From: Bdellovibrionales bacterium
GTDB taxonomy: Bacteria; Bdellovibrionota; Bdellovibrionia; Bdellovibrionales; UBA1609
Direction of reading: 5' to 3'
NCBI GenBank assembly: GCA_050246815.1
Contig: JBFWVI010000006.1
Span: 26,069 to 90,068, forward strand
DNA: 64,000 nucleotides
The notes under the pieces were generated by a model. It worked only from the letters and a program-made list of their open reading frames with translations, did no database searches and was not told the origin of the DNA. Shown here one piece after another: positions 30,961-39,309 of this stretch. The stretch's first letter is position 1. Every line of letters begins with the position of its first letter. A program made the translations under genes and the position numbers.

Positions 30961-31767
30961 ATGGAAAACACGACCAGCGAAATTAACTTCAAGTCCTTTC
31001 TGCAGAATGAGTTCATCGACCGCTGCCGCAAAAACGGCAGCTACTCGCTGCGCTCGTTTGCCCGAACGCTCAAGGTTTCACCGGCGGCGCTGTCTGAAAT
31101 GATCAATGGCAAGCGCCCCATCACCCCTAAAACCAAAGCCAAGATCGCCCTGCTTTTAAGGCTTAGCCCCGAGCAATTGAACCAGATTGACGGCGCCCCG
31201 CTGCGAACAAAGCCTGCGCTTCAATATGACCAGATGACCGTAGACAGCTTTGCCCTGATCGCAGACTGGTACCACTTTGCGATTATGGAATTGTTGGCCT
31301 TAAAGAATTTCAAAGAGGACATCCGCTGGATTTCCCACACCTTGTCGATCACGCCCACCGAGGCCACGATCGCCCTTGAACGTTTGCTGCGTCTGGGACT
31401 GCTGAAGCGGGATTCAAAAGGAAAACTTAAAGACGGCACCAGCGGCTTCACCACCAGCTTGAACAAAGGTCAGACCAGTGAAGCGGCACAAAGGTTTCAA
31501 AAGCAGGCTTTGCAAAAAGCCATCGATGCCATTGGCCAAGTCCCGCTGGAGTATCGCGACAACACCAGCATGACCTTTGCCATAAACACTGAAGATTTAG
31601 ACAAAGCCAGACAAAAGATCGAGGCCTTCCGCCGCGAAATGAATGCGTTTTTTCAGCTGGCCGCAAGCTTCGACGAAGTTTATCAGTTGTCCGTTGCACT
31701 TTTTCCCCTCTCAAGGGCCGCTTCTGAAAATAAAAAAATAAAAAAATCAAAAGGGAGTCAAAAATGA
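30961..31767 (+). CDS. TIGR02147/DUF4423-like HTH regulator
   Basis: YSLRSFARTLKVSPAALSEMINGKRP HTH, WYHFAIMEL, ERLLRLGLL, C-terminal VYQLSVALFPL; start placed at ATG 30961. Confidence 0.85.
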   Translation: MENTTSEINFKSFLQNEFIDRCRKNGSYSLRSFARTLKVSPAALSEMINGKRPITPKTKAKIALLLRLSPEQLNQIDGAPLRTKPALQYDQMTVDSFALIADWYHFAIMELLALKNFKEDIRWISHTLSITPTEATIALERLLRLGLLKRDSKGKLKDGTSGFTTSLNKGQTSEAAQRFQKQALQKAIDAIGQVPLEYRDNTSMTFAINTEDLDKARQKIEAFRREMNAFFQLAASFDEVYQLSVALFPLSRAASENKKIKKSKGSQK

Positions 31768-33251
31768 AACAGGTTCTAAAACTGGGTGGTTTGTTCACCG
31801 CCATGATAATTTTAGCCGCCTTTACTCGCGGCGCCGATGCAGTCAAGGGTCGAGAGGCCGGTGGCGGCACTTATGTCGTGATCGACGGCAATGTGGTGCT
31901 TGCAGACCCCTTTTACAAAGCGGTGGGCCGCGAACATCGCTTTGACGCCTTTGCGCCAGAAATCCAAGACTACATCACCAGCGCCGAAAAACTCTTAGAG
32001 CGGCTTGCGATCACCAATCCATCATTTTGGAACGACACGGTTCGGGGCTCGAAAGCAATCTACATCCGCGTGCCGGCTGGCGAAGAAAACCGTGTGGTTT
32101 GCGTCAAGTACCTACCGGAGCTGACCCGCGACGTGGAAGGTCACTTTCAGTATGGTTGCAAAGGAAAAGGCAATATCACCTATTTATTTGCAAGCTTCGA
32201 ACAGTCCCGCAGTTTGCGTGAGCAAGGCAAGGCAATCATTCATGAGCGTCTTTGGGTCGCCAATCCCGACGTAGATCAACGCTTCATTGCCAAGTTCGTC
32301 ACAGTTTTAGGCAAATTGATGAAACGTCGTGAAGACCAAATCTTCCGCAACAACCGTGCATCTTTGACGGATGCCGAAATCGCTGAATACGATCAATTGC
32401 AAATGGCGGCCGAACAACTTGGCTTTGAAACCAGAAAGCCGCTTTTGCCGATCGGAATGTCTTGGAAAAATGTTTTGGCGTACCCTTTGAGCAAAAGCGT
32501 CGTACGTAACGGTGGCGGATTGGCGACATTTTATTATTCTGTTGCCACGGGAAAGTACCTCCCCGTCACTAAAGTGGATGCAACCTCATTCGTTGGAGTG
32601 GGCAGTGTTTTAGGCGACCAAGCTGAGCTTCAAAACTCTGTCGTTCTAAGTTCAGTACTGTTTGCAAAAACCCGCCTACAAAATAGCGTGGCAGTCAGCT
32701 CTTTAATTTCGGCCGCTCAAATTAATCAATCTGAGATCCGAGATTCAGAATTGCAGCAAGCAACCGCATATCCATCGGTCACCACCATTAACTATGCGAT
32801 GGTCACAAAGTCCTCTATCGACACGATGTCCTTATTGGGATCTGCGGATGCGCCGGTTGAAATCAACTCTTCTACCGCTTATGGTAACTATACGATTTCG
32901 AGTGTCGCAGCCGGAGCCAAACTAAACAATTCTGTACTGAGGGCTCGCTACAATAGAGACTCACTTCGTAGTGACACTGGGTTCAACATTCAAATCCAGA
33001 CCGGCGCAATCTTAGACAACGTGAGAATCGCCACTGAATTTGACACCGACATGATCGTGACCGCCGGCACCCAAGTTCAAAACTTGAATATGGTCAACAG
33101 GCGGACTCGCGGCGGCGGCATTTTCAACTCGAAACTGGAGTTCAATTCCCCTTCGGGCCCCATGAATTTCGGTGGGTTAAATTGCACACTGAACGAAAGA
33201 GTACTGCGCCTTAACTCGACCGCCGACTTGAACGGCCGTTGTGAGAAGTAA
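31764..33251 (+). CDS. secreted hypothetical protein (Gly-rich N-terminal motif, HERLW motif, beta-solenoid-like C-terminal half)
   Basis: GGGAG RBS and ATGA overlap; signal peptide then GREAGGG; IIHERLW; short repeats LQNSVVLSS / LQNSVAVSS / INQSEIRDS. Confidence 0.75.
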   Translation: MKQVLKLGGLFTAMIILAAFTRGADAVKGREAGGGTYVVIDGNVVLADPFYKAVGREHRFDAFAPEIQDYITSAEKLLERLAITNPSFWNDTVRGSKAIYIRVPAGEENRVVCVKYLPELTRDVEGHFQYGCKGKGNITYLFASFEQSRSLREQGKAIIHERLWVANPDVDQRFIAKFVTVLGKLMKRREDQIFRNNRASLTDAEIAEYDQLQMAAEQLGFETRKPLLPIGMSWKNVLAYPLSKSVVRNGGGLATFYYSVATGKYLPVTKVDATSFVGVGSVLGDQAELQNSVVLSSVLFAKTRLQNSVAVSSLISAAQINQSEIRDSELQQATAYPSVTTINYAMVTKSSIDTMSLLGSADAPVEINSSTAYGNYTISSVAAGAKLNNSVLRARYNRDSLRSDTGFNIQIQTGAILDNVRIATEFDTDMIVTAGTQVQNLNMVNRRTRGGGIFNSKLEFNSPSGPMNFGGLNCTLNERVLRLNSTADLNGRCEK

Positions 33252-33257
33252 AAACCC

Positions 33258-33767
33258 TTAAGCTCCCTCTGGCCTGCCGGCGTTCGCCCGGTGGGCCATC
33301 CCTCCCAAGATGATCAACACCAGCGTTGTCAAAAGCATCGACCACTTCAACCGAGCACTGGCCGCGCCGACGTAAAAATAAATCGAATCAATCGGCACTC
33401 GTTCAAGGGCCAATAAAAGCTGACAAACATTTTCAATCTCATCAAACAAGCCCGCAAGCAGGGGCACGATCAATACGAGCTTGAGTAATTTGTCATTGCG
33501 CGAAGGAGGCCAACGCACCAACATGGCTGCCAGAAATACTCCATAGAAAATGGGGTAAAAAAAATCGATTAAATAATGCCGTATCCACGCGGCTAACCCC
33601 TCAACCCCTTGACTGTGCAGCAAGAGCTGAAATTCACCCGGATCTAACGTGGTCTGCAGCTTGATGATGTTCCAAGGGTCACCAAACTTGTCCAAAATGA
33701 TCATCAGGGTGACTTGGGAATAAAGAAAAAAGCGCCCCGACAAAGCCAAAACTCTTGGGTTACGCAA
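33258..33767 (-). CDS. hypothetical integral membrane protein
   Basis: About four TM segments with DFFYP..YG and LFDEIEN. Start is uncertain: the ORF-track start (33842) lies inside the long palindrome, so TTG 33767 is proposed. Confidence 0.65.
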   Translation of the reverse strand: MRNPRVLALSGRFFLYSQVTLMIILDKFGDPWNIIKLQTTLDPGEFQLLLHSQGVEGLAAWIRHYLIDFFYPIFYGVFLAAMLVRWPPSRNDKLLKLVLIVPLLAGLFDEIENVCQLLLALERVPIDSIYFYVGAASARLKWSMLLTTLVLIILGGMAHRANAGRPEGA

Positions 33768-33776
33768 AAACCTGAA

Positions 33777-33857
33777 TGTGGCTGCTTCTTTTTGCAGAAG
33801 CATCGCATTGGCTTGGCTCATATTTATGCACTGCTTCTGCAAAAAGAAGCAGCCACA
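33777..33857. repeat. 26-bp perfect inverted repeat with 29-nt spacer (REPIN-like doublet)
   Basis: TGTGGCTGCTTCTTTTTGCAGAAGCA (33777-33802) and its exact reverse complement (33832-33857). Each arm is GTGG followed by the internal palindrome (C)TGCTTC-N8-GAAGCA(G). Confidence 0.85.
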
Positions 33858-33858
33858 C

Positions 33859-35244
33859 TTAGTTGAACTTGTTTACGATCTCTTTGAAGTAGTTGCCACG
33901 CTCGACGTACGAATCGAACATGTCAAAGCTGGAGCAGCCCGGTGACAGCAAGACGATGTCGCCAATACGCGATTTTTGATAGGCGATCAAGACCGCCTCT
34001 TCAAAGGTGCCGATCAAAAACGTTTCAGCGAAATCACCAATGTCACGGTTAATACGCTCTTTGGCTTCCCCCACAAGAATCAAAGTTTTTACTTTGCGCT
34101 GAATGCGTTCTTTTAGGGGTTGGTAGTTCAGGTTCGTGTCCTTACCACCCATGATCAGAATCACGTTTTCATCAAAAGAATCCAGGGCCCGCACGACCGC
34201 GTGCACGTTGGTGGCTTTTGAATCGTTGTAGAACTCGACTCCACCGACGCGACGGACGTACTCCAACCGGTGCGCAATACCGCGAAAATTGTCGATGACT
34301 CGCTGAATGGCGTCGTGTTTGGCGCCATGTTCACGGGCCGCCAAAATCGACGCCATGATATTTTCGTACATGTGCTTGCCCTTCACCTTGGTGTTGGCCA
34401 GCGAGTAGTATTCGATCTCAGGTCCGGTGCGCACGCGGATCTGGTCTTTCACATTTACCGCTCCGCCGATGTTCATGATCTGGGGCTCAAGCGAAGGTTT
34501 GCGCGAGAAGTAAAAAATGCGTCCCCGCTGAACAGCCGGGTCACGCGCCAACTCGACCACCGCATTGTCATCCGCGTTCAAAATGCTGGTTGTGCTTTGG
34601 TTGGTGTTCAAGAAAATGCGGCGCTTGGCGTTCACATATTCTTCCATCGAACGATAACGATCCAAATGGTTTTCGGCCAAGTTGGTGAATAAAATATTTT
34701 GAGGAGTGAAGGCTTCCACATGCTCCAGCATGAAGCTCGACAATTCGCAGATCAGCACTTGGGCCTTTTCTTTTTGTTGCAAGTATTCCGACAAAGGGGT
34801 GCCAATATTGCCGCCCAGCCAAGTCTTCACGCCCGATTCACGCAAAAACACATCAATCAAGGTGGCGGTTGAGGTTTTGCCGTTGGTGCCGGTGATGGCC
34901 ACGATAGGCTCTTTGATAAAGCGGCTACAGAACTCAAACTCGCCGGTGACTTTCACCCCTTGGCTGCGGGCGTAATCAAAGATCTTCAGATGCGGAGGCA
35001 CACCCGGACTTAAAATGATCAGGTCCTGATTCAAGAAAGTTTTCGGGGTGTGGCCGCCCAACTCGAGCTGAATATCGCTGCCTTCCATTTGCTCCAAAAA
35101 ACCTGTCAGTTCGGCTTTTGACTTGTGATCGCTGATGGTGACAGCCGCGCCTTGTTCTTTTAGAAAGCGCGCCAAAGTCACGCCAGTTTTGGCCAGACCC
35201 ACGATCAAAATGCGTTTACCGTTCAGTTCAGAAAGCTCTTGCAT
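33859..35244 (-). CDS. murD: UDP-N-acetylmuramoyl-L-alanine--D-glutamate ligase
   Basis: GLAKTG, ITGTNGKTS, ELSSF, HLDRY, YNDSKATN, LLSPGCSSFD. Confidence 0.97.
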   Translation of the reverse strand: MQELSELNGKRILIVGLAKTGVTLARFLKEQGAAVTISDHKSKAELTGFLEQMEGSDIQLELGGHTPKTFLNQDLIILSPGVPPHLKIFDYARSQGVKVTGEFEFCSRFIKEPIVAITGTNGKTSTATLIDVFLRESGVKTWLGGNIGTPLSEYLQQKEKAQVLICELSSFMLEHVEAFTPQNILFTNLAENHLDRYRSMEEYVNAKRRIFLNTNQSTTSILNADDNAVVELARDPAVQRGRIFYFSRKPSLEPQIMNIGGAVNVKDQIRVRTGPEIEYYSLANTKVKGKHMYENIMASILAAREHGAKHDAIQRVIDNFRGIAHRLEYVRRVGGVEFYNDSKATNVHAVVRALDSFDENVILIMGGKDTNLNYQPLKERIQRKVKTLILVGEAKERINRDIGDFAETFLIGTFEEAVLIAYQKSRIGDIVLLSPGCSSFDMFDSYVERGNYFKEIVNKFN

Positions 35245-35246
35245 AC

Positions 35247-36323
35247 TTACCTCAGTTTCAATGTGGCCAGACTCAGCACCGCCAAAAGCAGTGCAATAAT
35301 CCAGAAACGGACAATGATTTTAGTTTCGGTTAAACCTTTAAGTTCAAAGTGATGGTGGATGGGTGCCATCTTAAAAACGCGCTTACCCGTTAGCTTAAAC
35401 GAGATGACCTGGGTGATGACCGACAGAGCCTCAACGACAAAAACCCCACCCAGTAAGATCAGCAGCAATTCGTTTTGCGTGATCACCGAGACAATTCCCA
35501 AAAACCCACCCAAAGAGAGCGAACCCACATCCCCCATGAACACTTGGGCCGGATAGGCGTTAAACCACAAAAAGCCCAGACCTGCAGCCGCCACCGCCGC
35601 AGCCAACGGCACGATTTCGCCCGCGCCCGAGATATAGGGGATTGCCAAATATTCGGCAATTTTCACATGGCCCGCCACGTAGGCAAAAATTCCCAAGGTT
35701 AACGCGGCGATGATCACCGGCACGATCGCCAAACCATCCAAACCGTCCGTCAAATTGACAGCGTTGGCACAGCCGACAACCACCAAAGCCGCGAAGGCGG
35801 GATAAAACCATCCCACCTCAAGAGCGAAATCCTTGAAGAAGGGAAAATAAATCGCCGTCGGAATTTGGTGATTGTAAATCAAATAACTGATGACGCCGAC
35901 CGCGATCAAAAACTCCGCCAGCAGACGAACTTTGCCCGGCACACCACGATGATTTTTTTTCTTCACCTTCATTGAATCGTCCAAATAACCGATCAAGCCA
36001 AACCCCAAAGTGACGATCAAAACGGCCCACACCTTGGGATTCATCAAGTCGGCCCAAAGCAGTGCCGGCACCAGCACACCCAATAAAATCAGCCCGCCAC
36101 CCATGGTGGGTGTGCCCTGCTTTTTTTTGTGCGACTCCGGGCCATCATCACGAATCGACTGCCCCACCTGGCGCCGCACCAAAGTGCGGATGAACAGCGG
36201 GCCATACCACCAGCACAGCAAAAACGCGGTGAAGAATGAAATAAAACTGCGAAACGAAATATAGCGAAAAACATTGAATAAAGAAATCGAATCGGAAAAA
36301 TCGTACAACCACTTGTATAGCAT
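35247..36323 (-). CDS. mraY: phospho-N-acetylmuramoyl-pentapeptide transferase
   Basis: [41 protein letters not shown]. Confidence 0.98.
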   Translation of the reverse strand: MLYKWLYDFSDSISLFNVFRYISFRSFISFFTAFLLCWWYGPLFIRTLVRRQVGQSIRDDGPESHKKKQGTPTMGGGLILLGVLVPALLWADLMNPKVWAVLIVTLGFGLIGYLDDSMKVKKKNHRGVPGKVRLLAEFLIAVGVISYLIYNHQIPTAIYFPFFKDFALEVGWFYPAFAALVVVGCANAVNLTDGLDGLAIVPVIIAALTLGIFAYVAGHVKIAEYLAIPYISGAGEIVPLAAAVAAAGLGFLWFNAYPAQVFMGDVGSLSLGGFLGIVSVITQNELLLILLGGVFVVEALSVITQVISFKLTGKRVFKMAPIHHHFELKGLTETKIIVRFWIIALLLAVLSLATLKLR

Positions 36324-36358
36324 GAAACTGATGCCGCTCTTGTTTTGAAGTTTTTAAC

Positions 36359-37804
36359 TTACAGCCGGTTCGAGGATGAACCGTAAACGGTGAAATTGAT
36401 CGGCTGCCATTGCTGCAGCACCTGCTCCATTTTCATCGCGCGTGACCCCTTGACGACGGCTATATCTGAGGGGTTTAGCATAGAGCCGACTTTGCGCGCA
36501 AGAGATTCTTCGTAACCATCTGAAACAAAAAAGGTTTTTGAAAATCCCTCGGCTTCCATTCCGGCCTGAAAATCGGCTTTGTGTGGACCCATGAACCACA
36601 CCACATCAAAGCCAGAACGTGCCACCAGTTCGCCGATCTCACGATGCGCCTTGGCTGACTCATGTCCAAGCTCCATCATTTCACCCAGCACCACAACTTT
36701 TTGGCCACTGACTTCGATCTCAAACAAATTCTTTAGCAGTGCGGTCATACTTTCAGGATTTGCGTTGTACCCATCAAACAAAACCTTGGCGCCGGACTTA
36801 AGATCCACAACTTGGTTGCGGCCCCATGCCCCACGACAGCGCGGCATTTCGCGCCAGATTTCTTCAGCTTTCATACCCAGCGCGTAGGCAATGCTGGCTG
36901 CGGCCATCAAGTTGACCACATTGTGTCGTCCCACCACAGAAACCGTGGCCCGCCCCTCTCGACCCCCGATCTTGCCGCTGATTTCTAGCGCAAAATCCGC
37001 CAATCGCTCCACTCGCATTTGCACATCGGCCTCACGAAACGACGAAAAGGTCATAATTCGTTTGGCTTGGCGGCGCTGCCGAGCCCGCTGAAGCATGGGA
37101 ATCGTCCAATGATTGTCCAAATTGAAAATCTGAATTGCCTGGGGCGCGGTCAGGTAAAGCTCCTCCTTGGCGTCAGCCACGGCCTCTTGCGAGCCGACTT
37201 CGCCAATGTGCGAGCGACCAACCATGGTGACCACGCTGATATCGGGCTGGGCGATCCTGGTCAGCTCGGTGAGTTCGCCCGAGTGATTCATGCCCATCTC
37301 TTGAACGACAACCTCATCCTCGGGCGAAGCCGCGAGCAAGCTAATCGGTACACCCCAGTGGTTGTTGAAGCTGCCTTGACTGGCGTGGACTTTAAAATGG
37401 TTTTCTAAAATCGTGCGGGTGAACTCTTTGGTGGAGGTCTTGCCGTTTGAACCCGTAATACCCACCACTTTAAAGCCACAGCGTCGCCGCCAGGCGTGCG
37501 CCAAGGACTGCAACGCGTGTAACGTGTCGGAGACGCGAATCACCACCACCGCGGCTGGCACCTTTAAATGTTTGATGTCTTGATGAACCAACAAACCCGA
37601 TGCGCCGGCTTCGATCGCGGCCGGCAAAAAATCATGAGCATCAAAGCGGTCCCCCTTCAATGCGACGAAAAGTTGTCCGGCCAAAGACTTGCGCGTATCG
37701 GTGCCAATACCTGAAAAATGCACAGCCGAGACGGAGCCGCCAAAATCCGTTTGTCCCCCAGTGCCTGAAAGCGCGTCGGCTAGACTCAGTTGCCATTTTT
37801 TCAT
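36359..37804 (-). CDS. murF: UDP-MurNAc-tripeptide--D-Ala-D-Ala ligase
   Basis: ITGSNGKTSTKE, FNNHWGVP, EMGMNH, DGYNANPES, VKGSR; ATGA overlap with the murE stop suggests start 37804. Confidence 0.96.
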   Translation of the reverse strand: MKKWQLSLADALSGTGGQTDFGGSVSAVHFSGIGTDTRKSLAGQLFVALKGDRFDAHDFLPAAIEAGASGLLVHQDIKHLKVPAAVVVIRVSDTLHALQSLAHAWRRRCGFKVVGITGSNGKTSTKEFTRTILENHFKVHASQGSFNNHWGVPISLLAASPEDEVVVQEMGMNHSGELTELTRIAQPDISVVTMVGRSHIGEVGSQEAVADAKEELYLTAPQAIQIFNLDNHWTIPMLQRARQRRQAKRIMTFSSFREADVQMRVERLADFALEISGKIGGREGRATVSVVGRHNVVNLMAAASIAYALGMKAEEIWREMPRCRGAWGRNQVVDLKSGAKVLFDGYNANPESMTALLKNLFEIEVSGQKVVVLGEMMELGHESAKAHREIGELVARSGFDVVWFMGPHKADFQAGMEAEGFSKTFFVSDGYEESLARKVGSMLNPSDIAVVKGSRAMKMEQVLQQWQPINFTVYGSSSNRL

Positions 37805-39300
37805 TTTCGGTTTGCTTTCAGCCACTCGCGTACGACCTCGCCATCACTAAACGGGCGTTTTTCAGTGCCTACAATTTGATAGTCTTCGTGTCCCTTACCG
37901 GCAATCAAAATCACATCACCAGTTTGTGCACTTTGCAAGGCTCGCCCAATAGCCGCGCCCCGATCCACCTCGGTGAAAACCGTATTCGAGATCAGAGCAG
38001 GCGCCAAACCCGCGACGCAGTCAGCAATAATCGCTTCTGGTTTTTCAGTGCGTGGATTATCTGAAGTGACAAACACCAAATCCGAGCCTGCCACCGCCGC
38101 TTGCGCCATCAGTGGGCGTTTGCCCTTGTCACGGTCACCACCGCAACCAAACACCGTAATGATGCGATTTTGTAAACCGGCTAAGCGCCGCACTTCATTC
38201 AAGGCATTCAAGACCACCTTCAAAGCATCATCGGTGTGCGCATAATCGACAAAGATGTTCAAACCTCCGGGATCCGGCACGCGTTCTAGCCGCCCTGGCA
38301 CGCCGTTGAACTCCGCTATGGCCTGAGCACAAGTCTCAAGAGACGCGCCCGCAGCCAAGCCCACTGCAATTGCCGCAGTGGCATTGTAGACGTTGTGCAA
38401 CCCTGGCAGAGGTAAATGAATGGTTTGCTCTCCTCGAGGGGTTTTCAAATTGAATTCACTACCCGTAAAATCTTGTCGCCCCAACGTAAAACGAAAATCA
38501 GCCGCTTTTTGTCCGTAAGTCCACAGTTTCGCCTGATCGGCGATTTTCAATCTTGCCGACCAGGGATCATCGGCGTTAACCACGGCCCACGTGCGCGGCT
38601 TGCTTGATGTGGCCAACACCTCATGAAACAATCGCTCCTTAGCCGCGAAATACTCTTCCATGGTGTGATGGTAATCCAAATGGTCGCGAGTCAAGTTGGT
38701 GAATACGGCCACGTCAAACGGCAACTGATCGACCCGGTTTTGCGTTAAAGCATGCGAAGAGACCTCAAAGGCCACGGCGCCCGCACCCAAAGCGCGAAAC
38801 TCGGCCAATCTTTTTTGTAAAACCAAGGGGTCGGGTGTGGTCAGCTGCGCATCCCAGACATGCTCACCGAAGTGATGATTGATGGTACCCAGCACGCCTG
38901 TGGGCCAACCAAAACGGTTCAAGATGGCCTCAACCATATAGGTGGTGGAGGTTTTGCCGTTGGTGCCCGTCACTCCCACGCAAAAAAGCTTTTCCGCCGG
39001 CTGGCCAAAGTAGCGCGCCGCCAGTTGATCAAGAGCCGCACGAGTCGACTCAACCACCACGACCGCCCCTTGATAATCTTTGGGAATCAACCTGTCGTCC
39101 TCGACAATCAGAGCTGCGGCACCACTGGCGCAAACTTGCGGAATGAATTTGTGGCCATCGAACTGATTGCCCCGGATCGCCACGTAAACCCAGCCCTCTT
39201 GCACCTGCCTAGAATCGTTGGTGAGGCCTTTGATTTCGCGCTCGGGCCCTTGACCCAATCGAAGCTGCGGATAAAACGACAACAGTTGCATCAGGCGCAT
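37801..39300 (-). CDS. murE: UDP-MurNAc-dipeptide--meso-DAP ligase
   Basis: GTNGKTS, FEVSSH, NLTRDHLDYH, DYAHT, DNPR (DAP specificity), AGKGHE. Confidence 0.97.
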   Translation of the reverse strand: MRLMQLLSFYPQLRLGQGPEREIKGLTNDSRQVQEGWVYVAIRGNQFDGHKFIPQVCASGAAALIVEDDRLIPKDYQGAVVVVESTRAALDQLAARYFGQPAEKLFCVGVTGTNGKTSTTYMVEAILNRFGWPTGVLGTINHHFGEHVWDAQLTTPDPLVLQKRLAEFRALGAGAVAFEVSSHALTQNRVDQLPFDVAVFTNLTRDHLDYHHTMEEYFAAKERLFHEVLATSSKPRTWAVVNADDPWSARLKIADQAKLWTYGQKAADFRFTLGRQDFTGSEFNLKTPRGEQTIHLPLPGLHNVYNATAAIAVGLAAGASLETCAQAIAEFNGVPGRLERVPDPGGLNIFVDYAHTDDALKVVLNALNEVRRLAGLQNRIITVFGCGGDRDKGKRPLMAQAAVAGSDLVFVTSDNPRTEKPEAIIADCVAGLAPALISNTVFTEVDRGAAIGRALQSAQTGDVILIAGKGHEDYQIVGTEKRPFSDGEVVREWLKANRK

Positions 39301-39309
39301 GACGAAAAA

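Noticed and set aside
33768..33842. N-terminal extension MQKQCINMSQANAMLLQKEAAT of the membrane protein
   Set aside because: It is translated palindrome sequence, and its start codons would be buried in the hairpin.
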